From an uncultured Bacteroidales bacterium (GTDB taxonomy: Bacteria > Bacteroidota > Bacteroidia > Bacteroidales > GCA-2748055): a stretch of 64,000 nucleotides of DNA. Shown here one piece after another: positions 1-8,592 of this stretch. The translations under genes were made by a program, and so were the position numbers. Location of the stretch: contig CAVZZV010000005.1 in assembly GCA_963779845.1 (NCBI GenBank), positions 879,427 to 943,426 of the forward strand. Reading direction: 5' to 3'. Every line of letters starts with the position of its first letter. Position 1 is the first letter of the stretch. A model generated the notes under the pieces. The model searched no databases. It saw nothing but the letters and a program-made list of their open reading frames with translations, and was not told the DNA's origin.

Positions 1-631
1 CAAAGAAAGGTTTATCATGTGACTGTCCCAAATAATCTATTATCTTCTGGGAGTTTACAACATCCGGAAAATCCGTATCCGGGGCGGTCCATGCTTCAAA
101 ATTTTGCCATTTTTGTTGAAGGTTTAAAGGAAGGGTCTGGTTTTTTATAAAAGGGCCATAACCTCCATCAATATTGGTCATATCGTCCCAACATCTGGTC
201 ATCACATCTGGCGTAGGTTTTGTGTGAAAAATCTTACCCGAACAAATTGTTGTATAGCCATTGTCGCGGAAATGCTGTGGCATCATAATGCTGTTGTTGA
301 CTATGGGGAAGTTTGAAATTTCATCTTCGTTAGTGTACACCCCCGAAATATATGGCTGAATACCAGTGAGCAAAGCTGTTCGAGAGGGATTACAGAGTGG
401 CACTGCTGTGTATGCATTTGTAAAAGTGACACCCCTGGCGGCTAATTTATCAAGATTTGGAGTTAAAACCTGATTGTTCCCGCCTAAATAACTTGTCCAA
501 TCGGCCATATCATCCATTATAATAATCAGGACATTGGCTTTTGAGTTAAGCTCACTATTGTTTTGACCTTGAAGCGATCCCACAGTCAGGAAAATGCCAA
601 TACCCAACATAAATATTTTCCCATTAATCAT
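1..631 (-). CDS. S1-family sulfatase, 5' part only (gene continues past the left window edge)
   Basis: Absent from the ORF track because there is no stop in the window. My minus-strand translation from the ATG at 629-631 gives MINGKIFMLGIGIFLTVGSLQG (signal peptide) ... NVLIIIMDDMADW ... NAYTAVPLCNPSRTALLTG. That is the metal-binding DD box plus the C-x-P-x-R formylglycine motif. Confidence 0.85.
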   Translation of the reverse strand, partial: MINGKIFMLGIGIFLTVGSLQGQNNSELNSKANVLIIIMDDMADWTSYLGGNNQVLTPNLDKLAARGVTFTNAYTAVPLCNPSRTALLTGIQPYISGVYTNEDEISNFPIVNNSIMMPQHFRDNGYTTICSGKIFHTKPTPDVMTRCWDDMTNIDGGYGPFIKNQTLPLNLQQKWQNFEAWTAPDTDFPDVVNSQKIIDYLGQSHDKPFF

Positions 632-1087
632 TGGTTATTTTTTTAGTAATAATTAAGAATTTTCCAATTACAAAATCCATTAATAATCCCTCCTCATTCA
701 ATTTTTTGAATCTCTTTCCTATAAATGACTGATGAGGTAAATCGATAAAATTATTATTGTTAATACGCATCGGGGTGCGAAACTTTTAAACCCTGAGAAA
801 GCTCGAATGATTTGAGGTACCAGCGTTGTCTTAAAAGTCGATAGCATGTTATCTTACCTAATAATTTGAAACCCAAAATTGGGAATTAAGCATAGCACGG
901 TTGACACAGAGATCGTATGAATCTACCCGGATAAAAATTAGCGAAAAATCGTCCTATCCGTCTTGACAGCTAACGGGATCCGCATTCCATGATTGAAAAT
1001 AAAGCAAATAAGCAAAAGGCTTTTAGACAGCCTCGATTTTGCTTAAATTGCTTTGATTTCAGAATCACATTCTCACTGAAACATTGA

Positions 1088-1981
1088 CTACTTTTTAATA
1101 AATTTATGAAAAGACTTCTTGCCGGATTTTTCTAATGAAATAAGGTAAATTCCACTCTTTAATGCAGAAATATCTAACCTGACGGCATTCACTCCACCTG
1201 AAATCAGTTTTTTCCCTTCAATATTATAAATATCAACAAAATAATCATGTGCAGATGTTTGAATCTGAATATAATTTTCAACAGGATTTGGAGAAATAAT
1301 AAAATCACCCTCTATCGCGGGGTTCTTAATACCAACAGCATTATATTCTTCAACATCAACTCTGAAAAGGTGATTGTTTTTATCTGAACCGGAAAGACGT
1401 AATTTAATTGGAACAGCAGAATTAACAGAATAACTAAGTACTTCATCTAACGAGGTAGATAAATAAACACTAGCATTAGCCAATGGGAAGGAATAAATGA
1501 TGGACCATGTTTCTAATTCAGAATCCCATTTCTCCAAATCAATTGTTGATGCGACATTAGGATTTCCATTTTTTACGTGAATAGTCATTTCCCCGGCACT
1601 TGCTATTTCCGGAAACTCCATACTTGTTGTTCCATTATTTTTGAATCTAATCGCAATAGCCAACCCATTATTGTCATCATGTACAATTCCTTTTGTACTA
1701 AATACAGCACATACGTTCGTTGGATTCGTGGATTCGTTTAATCCATCAAAAGCGACAACAGGAGAATTTGTTAATACGTACTTACCAAAACAGGTTATTG
1801 GCGTTAAAAAATTGAAAACACTGCCAGCTGATGGTTTAAGGTAAGTGGCATCCTGGGCTAAAAATTCTGCATCCCATTCGGCGCTTGAAAAGTCTTCCGA
1901 AATAAGCAATTGCTGAGCTTTAATTGATGAAAATAAAGTTGCAAAAAGCATAATTGTTAAAAGTAAAGTTTTTGTTTTCAT
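1088..1981 (-). CDS. Secreted protein of unknown function with T9SS C-terminal sorting domain
   Basis: ATG at 1979-1981. Signal peptide MKTKTLLLTIMLFATLFSSIKAQ. The last ~70 aa (ISPNPVENYIQIQ...IYNIEGKKLI...LKSGIYLISLEKSGKKSFHKFIKK) fit the T9SS type-A CTD pattern. The central ~190-aa module recurs twice in the 10744-13092 protein. Confidence 0.75.
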   Translation of the reverse strand: MKTKTLLLTIMLFATLFSSIKAQQLLISEDFSSAEWDAEFLAQDATYLKPSAGSVFNFLTPITCFGKYVLTNSPVVAFDGLNESTNPTNVCAVFSTKGIVHDDNNGLAIAIRFKNNGTTSMEFPEIASAGEMTIHVKNGNPNVASTIDLEKWDSELETWSIIYSFPLANASVYLSTSLDEVLSYSVNSAVPIKLRLSGSDKNNHLFRVDVEEYNAVGIKNPAIEGDFIISPNPVENYIQIQTSAHDYFVDIYNIEGKKLISGGVNAVRLDISALKSGIYLISLEKSGKKSFHKFIKK

Positions 1982-2154
1982 AATAGATTTATTAGTAAAT
2001 AATAAGATAATGGTTTATCCCTCTATAAATCAGATAATTTATAATGGGGTTACCAAACATACAAATTTTATTTTATAATATCAAACTCAAGGGAATCCCG
2101 ATGGGATTTTCGACAGGAAATTAAACTTTAGGGGGTTGTTTTTCATCCAAAGAA

Positions 2155-3540
2155 TTAGTCTTCTCTCTCACCTTTTATTGCTTTGGGCATATGTTGAAAT
2201 GCCTCCATTTCAGTTTCCTTCCCTTTGTCGCCACAAAAGGCCATCCATTCTTTCAAAACTTTATCCATACGTTCAACAATTGCCTTATTTTCTGGTATGC
2301 CGGCAATATTGTTCAGGCAGTATTTATCGTTTTCCATATCATACAGTTCTATGGCCGGACGGTGCTGATATTTATAGGTAATAGCTTTTGCATTTGGATC
2401 GGTTTGCCCTACTTTCAGCCATTCCTCAAACAAAATTTTATTAGTAACAGCATTCGTGAATGTCATTTCAGGAGACAAATTGAGGATGTATCTGTATTTT
2501 TTGTCGGCTACTGACCGGATGCCAAAATGATCGCTTCCATTGTTGATCCCTCTTGTTGTTTGAAGTGAAAATGTATATTGTTTATGCTCTTTTGTCTTTC
2601 CCAGCATAACCGGGAGAAAACTCTGCCCATCCATCTCAGCCTGAGGTTTTGCTCCGGCTATCTCAACGAAAGTAGGTGTGATATCAACATATTCAACAAG
2701 GGCATCCGAAACAGTTCCCGGTTGAATTTTACCCGGCCAGCGAACTATGGCAGCCGAATGAACACCGGCATCATAACAGGTATATTTGGCAAAGGGCAAA
2801 CTGTTTCCCTGTTCACTCAGATATACTACTGCTGTTTTGTCCTTTATATTAAATTTATCAATTTTATCAAGAACCTGACCGAATTCACTATCCATAAAAT
2901 TGATTTCAGCCAGGTATTTACAAAACTCCTCACGAGTATATGGGGTGTCAACATAAAACGGTGGAAGCTTAATTTTATCAGGATTAAACATATCCGGATT
3001 ACCTTTATTCCAGGGCACATGTGGCTGATTCGACATCACAAAAAGACAAAAAGGTTGCTGATTCATGGTACACGTTTGAATAAACGAATCGATAGCAGCA
3101 AAATTCAGCTCTCTGGTTTTTGACAGCGGTGAATAAAGATCCCAGGGAAAAACAGATTCCGGATTAACATGAGATTTTCCGACCAGAGCCACCTTATATC
3201 CGGCAGGCTTCAGGTGATGAATGATGCTGAGTGTACCCATATTGGCCATCGTATGGTTTGGATATGCTCCTGATTTAACCGGCCACAAACCGGTATAAAG
3301 ATTGTGCCGGGTTGGGGAGCACATGGGTGCGGCTTGATAAGCTTTTGTGAAACTAATTCCTTCCCCCGCAAACTCATCAATGCGAGGAGTTTGTGAATCA
3401 GCACTTCCATAGCAAGCCAAATCATAATAGGAACAGTCATCCGCCATAAACAAAACCAGGTTTGGTTTCTCTTGTTTTTGTGCCGACAGGCTAAGTACCA
3501 CAAAAGAGAGGAATGCGATTAACAAAGTTTTTAATTTCAT
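2155..3540 (-). CDS. S1-family sulfatase (tandem paralog A)
   Basis: 461-aa ORF, ATG at 3538-3540, with a signal peptide. Motifs LVLFMADDCSYYD and MCSPTRHNLYTG (C-x-P-x-R). Roughly nine in ten residues match the 4254-5642 product by eye. Confidence 0.92.
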   Translation of the reverse strand: MKLKTLLIAFLSFVVLSLSAQKQEKPNLVLFMADDCSYYDLACYGSADSQTPRIDEFAGEGISFTKAYQAAPMCSPTRHNLYTGLWPVKSGAYPNHTMANMGTLSIIHHLKPAGYKVALVGKSHVNPESVFPWDLYSPLSKTRELNFAAIDSFIQTCTMNQQPFCLFVMSNQPHVPWNKGNPDMFNPDKIKLPPFYVDTPYTREEFCKYLAEINFMDSEFGQVLDKIDKFNIKDKTAVVYLSEQGNSLPFAKYTCYDAGVHSAAIVRWPGKIQPGTVSDALVEYVDITPTFVEIAGAKPQAEMDGQSFLPVMLGKTKEHKQYTFSLQTTRGINNGSDHFGIRSVADKKYRYILNLSPEMTFTNAVTNKILFEEWLKVGQTDPNAKAITYKYQHRPAIELYDMENDKYCLNNIAGIPENKAIVERMDKVLKEWMAFCGDKGKETEMEAFQHMPKAIKGERED

Positions 3541-3765
3541 AATTAAATTTTCTAATATCTATTTAATATCAATAAATCTTTATTTTTTAGGTTTCCATTT
3601 TGGAATTGGATCTCCACCTTTTTCTGAAAATCCGGGTATTTGATTGCTTGATTTCAGCCCGAAATACTTGCTTAATTCATTCATTAGCTTTTCTACAATT
3701 AAAGGATTTTGAACTGACAAATCAAGTTCCTCCTGGGCATCGCTTGCTATTCGAAACAGTTGATT
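2155..3765. repeat. Copy A of a ~1.6-kb tandem segmental duplication (partner 4254-5862)
   Basis: Nucleotide similarity runs from the stop codon of the sulfatase, through its 5' end, into ~190 nt homologous to the 3' end of the next sulfatase gene. The offset between copies is ~2.1 kb. Confidence 0.85.
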
Positions 3766-3780
3766 ACTGGAGGAACTGTG
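3580..3780 (-). pseudogene. 3'-terminal relic of an arylsulfatase-B-like sulfatase (copy of the end of 5677-7080)
   Basis: My translation is HSSSSNQLFRIASDAQEELDLSVQNPLIVEKLMNELSKYFGLKSSNQIPGFSEKGGDPIPKWKPKK*. It aligns with the C-terminus ...STNQLFRIDSDTKEENDLSAQNPVVIEELMKELNKVYGLKSSNQIPRFSEEGGNPIPNWQPEN* of the 475-aa ORF. There is no catalytic domain upstream. Confidence 0.8.
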
Positions 3781-3818
3781 GCATCCTGAAAAATTAAAAA
3801 CACCAAGAAGATATTTAA

Positions 3819-3843
3819 GTATCTCAAATTATTTTTGAGATAC
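3819..3843. terminator. Perfect 10-bp hairpin (GTATCTCAAA-ttatt-TTTGAGATAC) followed by an A9 run
   Basis: Read directly. It sits between the sulfatase relic and the beta-lactamase-family relic. The A/T tract flanks only one side, so its function as a terminator is uncertain. Confidence 0.3.
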
Positions 3844-3955
3844 ACAAAAAAAAAGCCTATCCCATGTCAAAGATAAATTTATTTTCATAAATTATTTCAA
3901 AACTGGATAGAAGTTCTTCCAAATCTCCGGTTGAAGAACGACGAATAGAGAAGTA

Positions 3956-4250
3956 TCAGAAAAGTTTTCGATGCTTGACTCCTATAGTTATTAAACCATC
4001 AAGCTCACCTCCATTACTTAACATTAAACAAAACCTGGCATAATCACCAATCGTTCCTACAAGTCCCCCGCCACCCGAGAAAAGAGTAACAGGTCTTTTA
4101 AACCTGTCAATAGCATCATCTCCTAGTTTTACCAGAACACCTTTCTTATCCCTTGAATATAGTGCAGCGAACCTGTCGAGTTTTTCTTCCGGGACATAAA
4201 AGCGTGTATCAGGCCCTTTTTCAATTTTAAAAAGCTGTGCAATGGTGTAA
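3956..4250 (-). pseudogene. Internal fragment of a beta-lactamase-family (class C / esterase-like) serine hydrolase gene
   Basis: The ORF-track product contains ...TRFYVPEEKLDRFAALYSRD...TLFSGGGGLVGTIGDYARFCLMLSNGGELDG.... This is the characteristic SGGGGL..T..DY.RF..MLLNGG block of the C-terminal half of this family. The N-terminal S-x-x-K catalytic region and the C-terminal end are both absent. Its 5' end overlaps the end of the sulfatase gene. Confidence 0.6.
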
Positions 4251-4253
4251 AAT

Positions 4254-5642
4254 TTATTCCTCTCCTTTTTCAGCCTTGATTTTGGTGGGCATGTGCTGAA
4301 ATGCTTCCATTTCAGTTTCCTTCCCCTGGTCACCACACGAGGCCATCCATTCTTTCAAAACTTTATCCATACGTTCAACAATTTTCTTATTTTCAGGCTT
4401 GCCGGCAATATTAGTCAGGCAATATTTATCATTTTCAAGATCGTATAATTCAATGGCCGGACGGTGCTGATATTTATAGGTAATGGCTTTTGCATTTGGA
4501 TCGGTTTGCCCTATTTTCAGCCATTCCTGAAACAGGGTACTTTTGGTTTCCGTATTCTGAAAAGTCTCTTCCGGAGAAAGATTGAGGATATACCTGTATT
4601 TTTTATCGGCTACCGACCGGATGCCATAATGATCGCTTCCACTAAAAATTCCTCTTGTAGTTTGCAATGAAAAGGTATATTGTTTGTGCTCCTTCTTTTT
4701 ACCCAGTAAAACCGGAAGGAAACTCTGTCCATCCATTTTTGCCTGAGGTTTTGCTCCGGCAATCTCAACGAAAGTAGGTGTAATATCAACATATTCAACA
4801 AGGGCATCCGAAACAGTTCCCGGTTGAATTTTACCCGGCCAGCGAACCATACAAGCCGAATGCACTCCTACGTCATAACATGTCCATTTGGCAAAAGGCA
4901 AACTGTTTCCCTGTTCGCTCAGATATACTACTGCTGTTTTGTCCTTAATTTTAAATTTATCAATTTTATCAAGAACCTGACCGAATTCACTGTCCATATA
5001 ATTGATTTCAGCCAGGTATTTACAAAACTCCTCACGGGTATATTTGGTGTCAACATAAAATGGCGGAAGCTTAATCTTATCAGGATTAAACATGTCAGGA
5101 TTTCCTTTATTCCATGGAGTGTGTGGCTGGTTCGACATCACAAAAAGACAAAAGGGTTGATGATTTGCAGTGCATGTTTGAATAAATGAATCTATAGCCT
5201 CAAAATTCAGATCATTCGTTTTGGTCAGCGGAGAATAAAGGTCCCATGGGAAAACAGATTCTGGCTTAACATGAGATTTCCCTACCAGAGCTACCTTATA
5301 TCCGGCAGGCTTCAGGTGATGGATGATGCTGAGTGTTCCTTTATTGGCCATTGTATGATTTGGGTATGCCCCGGTCTTAACCGGCCACAAACCTGTATAA
5401 AGGTTATGGCGGGTTGGCGAGCACATGGGAGCGGCTTGGTAAGCTTTTGTAAAGCTGATGCCCTCTGTCGCAAACTCATTAATGCGAGGCGTTTGAGAAT
5501 CAACACTTCCATAGTAAGCCAAGTCGTAATATGAACAATCGTCGGCCATAAATAATACAAGGTTGGGTTTTTCAGTTTTTTGCCCAAATACCGAAATGGC
5601 AACAAAAGTTACCAGAATTGTTAAACTATGTTTTTTATTCAT
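4254..5642 (-). CDS. S1-family sulfatase (tandem paralog B)
   Basis: The ORF-track start at 5714 overlaps the upstream gene. The ATG at 5640-5642 gives MNKKHSLTILVTFVAISVFGQ (signal peptide). Motifs LVLFMADDCSYYD and MCSPTRHNLYTG. Confidence 0.92.
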   Translation of the reverse strand: MNKKHSLTILVTFVAISVFGQKTEKPNLVLFMADDCSYYDLAYYGSVDSQTPRINEFATEGISFTKAYQAAPMCSPTRHNLYTGLWPVKTGAYPNHTMANKGTLSIIHHLKPAGYKVALVGKSHVKPESVFPWDLYSPLTKTNDLNFEAIDSFIQTCTANHQPFCLFVMSNQPHTPWNKGNPDMFNPDKIKLPPFYVDTKYTREEFCKYLAEINYMDSEFGQVLDKIDKFKIKDKTAVVYLSEQGNSLPFAKWTCYDVGVHSACMVRWPGKIQPGTVSDALVEYVDITPTFVEIAGAKPQAKMDGQSFLPVLLGKKKEHKQYTFSLQTTRGIFSGSDHYGIRSVADKKYRYILNLSPEETFQNTETKSTLFQEWLKIGQTDPNAKAITYKYQHRPAIELYDLENDKYCLTNIAGKPENKKIVERMDKVLKEWMASCGDQGKETEMEAFQHMPTKIKAEKGEE

Positions 5643-5862
5643 GTCAGAATTTTGAGTTTTATTAACGAATCGTATATTAATTTTCCGGTTGCCAATTTGG
5701 AATTGGATTTCCACCTTCTTCCGAAAATCTGGGAATTTGATTGCTTGATTTCAGGCCGTAAACCTTGTTTAATTCTTTCATCAGTTCTTCTATAACGACA
5801 GGATTTTGAGCAGATAAGTCATTTTCTTCTTTCGTGTCGCTATCTATCCGAAACAATTGATT
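4254..5862. repeat. Copy B of the ~1.6-kb tandem segmental duplication (partner 2155-3765)
   Basis: See copy A. This copy includes the genuine 3' end of the 5677-7080 sulfatase. Confidence 0.85.
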
Positions 5863-7080
5863 CGTTGATGAAAAATCTTCATTATCAGGAGCACTACGTT
5901 TGACAATAAGCTTCCATTGGTCATTGTTAATAGCCAAATCCTCAATCTTTTGAGGATTTTGATCCATATATGTAAACCAACTCCGGTCGCCCAGCTTTCC
6001 CCCTTTCATCGCATCCAATACATTTATACCATCCAATTCATTTTTGGGCTTACCATTGTATTCTGCAACAGCCATGAGGGTTGGAAAAACATCGATGTAC
6101 CCCATTCGTTCCTTAATCACTTTTCCACCGGAAATCCCTGCAGAGGGCCAACGCGCTGCACCTACTACCCGAATTCCTCCCTGATAGGGTGTCAGCTTAG
6201 CTCCTCTTTGCTCTCCATTGCTTGCAACTTTGAGGACACCTCCATTATCGCTAAAGAACAAGACAAAAGTGTTCTCAACCTGCCCTCTTTCTTCGAGGCT
6301 TTTTAATATTCTCCCAATGTTCTGATCCAGGCAATCAACCATTCCTGCATAGGTTTTTTTAGCTCCTTCACGGTTAGGATATTTTGCTACATCTTCTGGT
6401 TTTGCCTGAAAAGGTGAGTGAGGCGCTGTAAAAGGAACATACAAGAAAAAAGGCTTATCCTGAGGCACCGATTCAATAAATTGAACTGCTGCCTCACCAA
6501 TTATGTCCGTAGTATATCCTTCCTTTTGGGTGGGAGTATTGTCTATATGCCAATCGTGCTCTCCATCCCTGTCCCGGGTGAAATAATCCACAGCTCCATT
6601 CAAACAACCTTCAAAATGCGTAAATCCACGATTGACAGGCAACCACTTTTGCTCACGATGGCCTAAATGCCATTTGCCAATAATACCCCGATAATCGTAA
6701 CCTGCCTTACCCATCATATCTGCAATCGTTTCTTCATCAACAGAAAGTCCAAAATCACGCTGTGGAGGGACTACTGATCTCATGAGGCCAAATCGTATCG
6801 GATAACGTCCTGTCATTAATCCGGCACGGGTTGGTGAACACATCGGACATGAATAAAATTGGTCTAACACAACACCTTCAGACGCAATCCTGTCAATATT
6901 TGGTGTTTGTATATCGCTGCCATTGAACCCGACATCTCCAAACCCTAAATCATCGGCTAATATAATAAGGATATTGGGTTGTTTATCCTCATTTTCGGAC
7001 AATGAACTGCATGAAGTAAGTTGCCCAAAAACAAACGACACCAGCAAAAAAGAGATCATCTTCATTTGTAAAATTTTCAT
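5677..7080 (-). CDS. S1-family sulfatase, arylsulfatase-B-like
   Basis: The track start at 7104 is TTG. The first ATG (7078-7080) gives MKILQMKMISFLLVSFVFGQLTSC, a lipoprotein-type signal. Motifs ILADDLGFGDVGFNG and MCSPTRAGLMTGRYP. Confidence 0.9.
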   Translation of the reverse strand: MKILQMKMISFLLVSFVFGQLTSCSSLSENEDKQPNILIILADDLGFGDVGFNGSDIQTPNIDRIASEGVVLDQFYSCPMCSPTRAGLMTGRYPIRFGLMRSVVPPQRDFGLSVDEETIADMMGKAGYDYRGIIGKWHLGHREQKWLPVNRGFTHFEGCLNGAVDYFTRDRDGEHDWHIDNTPTQKEGYTTDIIGEAAVQFIESVPQDKPFFLYVPFTAPHSPFQAKPEDVAKYPNREGAKKTYAGMVDCLDQNIGRILKSLEERGQVENTFVLFFSDNGGVLKVASNGEQRGAKLTPYQGGIRVVGAARWPSAGISGGKVIKERMGYIDVFPTLMAVAEYNGKPKNELDGINVLDAMKGGKLGDRSWFTYMDQNPQKIEDLAINNDQWKLIVKRSAPDNEDFSSTNQLFRIDSDTKEENDLSAQNPVVIEELMKELNKVYGLKSSNQIPRFSEEGGNPIPNWQPEN

Positions 7081-7130
7081 AACTTTTATTGTAAATCGGT
7101 TCAAATTAGAATGTTTTTTCTAAGCAAAAT

Positions 7131-8576
7131 TTATCGAGCCATCTGCCCTTCAGGAATTTGAGCAGAGACTTCCTTTCTCCAATTAATTAATTTTTGCTGA
7201 AGTTCATCAACTATTTCCGGATTTGAAGCTGCTAAATCATTTTGCTCACCAACATCAGCATCCAAATCATACAATTCCTGCTTCCCTGTTTCAAAAAATT
7301 CGATAAGTTTCCATTTCCCCTCTCTGATACAACCAGCCGATCTGCCTCCCAGGAAGTGAGGTTTATCGAGCGGATAATGCCAGTAAAAAGTTCGGGACCC
7401 TGACATATCATTCGTTTCTCCTAATAATACCGGAGCGATGCTTATTCCATCAAAATGTTGTGATTCCGGTAATTCAGTTCCGGTAAGTTCACACAGGGTT
7501 GGATAGAAATCGTAATTGGCCGTTTGCATATCGATTGTTCGGCCGCCATCTATTTGACCGGTTTTATAAATAATCAAAGGTTCACGAATCCCACCTTCAT
7601 ACAACATACTTTTGCCTCCTCTCAAAGGGGCATTGTCTGTAACACGGGTTTCTCCTCCATTATCACTTGTAAAAATAATAATCGTATTGTCAGCTATCCC
7701 CAGCTCTTTCAATTTATCTCGTATCATTCCCACACCCTCATCAATAACCTTAAGTTGAGCGGCCAAATGGGGATTATTATTTTGAGCCATGTAATCGGAT
7801 GGCCATTTTTTATAAGGGTCATCTTCCGGATTATTATTTGAGGGATCACTTTTCCCACTATTGGGCTTATTCCTGAAATGGTCAACTAAATCGGGCTTCC
7901 CGTGCAGCATAGTGTGAACCACATAATGACTCAGGTAAAGGAAAAATGGTTTGTCCTGGTTTTTTTCAATAAACTCAATTGCTTCCTGGTTCATCCGGTC
8001 GGCGATAAATTCGTGATCAGAATTGAGTTTCTTCTTCATTTCAGGATTGAAATGATAGGGGTAAAAATATGAGCCATTCCCAATTCCTTTTATTTCAGAT
8101 GAGATGACTTCATCAAAGCCCTGTTTGCCGGGAAGAACTTCGACGGGGGCATTGGCCAATTTATATCCTGAAAGATGCCATTTTCCAATGATGCCGGTAT
8201 GATATCCATTCAATCTGAGGGCTTCTGGTAAGGTTAGTAATGTTGTATCTAAAAATTCGGCAGCCTGAGGACGGAGATAATCTGTAATGCCCAACCTGGC
8301 TGGATATTGCCCTGACATCAATGCGGCACGATAGGGAGAACAAACTGGTGCAGCCGCATATGCATTGGTAAAACGCACACCTTCGCTTGCCAGTTTATCG
8401 ATATTCGGGGTTTCATTAAAGGTATTCCCATAGCATCCCAACTCAGAATAGCCTAAATCATCAGCTAAAATATAAATGACATTGGGTTTTTTCCCGGGCT
8501 CTTTGGATGAAGTACATCCGAACCCCACAAATAATAATAAAATGAAAATGGCTGATAAATTTAATAATTGTTTCAT
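7131..8576 (-). CDS. S1-family sulfatase
   Basis: 481 aa, ATG at 8574-8576, signal ending ...VGFGCTS. Motifs ILADDLGYSELGCYG and VCSPYRAALMSGQYP. Paralog of the catalytic part of 8593-10551. Confidence 0.92.
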   Translation of the reverse strand: MKQLLNLSAIFILLLFVGFGCTSSKEPGKKPNVIYILADDLGYSELGCYGNTFNETPNIDKLASEGVRFTNAYAAAPVCSPYRAALMSGQYPARLGITDYLRPQAAEFLDTTLLTLPEALRLNGYHTGIIGKWHLSGYKLANAPVEVLPGKQGFDEVISSEIKGIGNGSYFYPYHFNPEMKKKLNSDHEFIADRMNQEAIEFIEKNQDKPFFLYLSHYVVHTMLHGKPDLVDHFRNKPNSGKSDPSNNNPEDDPYKKWPSDYMAQNNNPHLAAQLKVIDEGVGMIRDKLKELGIADNTIIIFTSDNGGETRVTDNAPLRGGKSMLYEGGIREPLIIYKTGQIDGGRTIDMQTANYDFYPTLCELTGTELPESQHFDGISIAPVLLGETNDMSGSRTFYWHYPLDKPHFLGGRSAGCIREGKWKLIEFFETGKQELYDLDADVGEQNDLAASNPEIVDELQQKLINWRKEVSAQIPEGQMAR

Positions 8577-8592
8577 AACTTACGTTTAATAA

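Noticed and set aside
771-840. TPP-riboswitch-like string on the plus strand (CGGGGTGC...CTGAGAAA...GATTTGAGGTACCAGCG), inside a 456-nt spacer (632-1087) whose core is G+C-richer.
   Set aside because: The segment between GGGGTGC and CTGAGA cannot form the P3 stem. The closing helices and the 3' AGGGA element are missing. There is no plus-strand gene downstream and the thiamine context is absent. It is most likely a chance match, and the spacer remains unexplained.
2578-3123. Long plus-strand ORFs opposite the sulfatase and GH genes (for example 2578-3123, 18052-18528, 20543-20959, 51532-52023).
   Set aside because: They are low-complexity antisense shadow ORFs lying fully inside minus-strand genes that have strong family motifs. 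They show no motifs or start context of their own.
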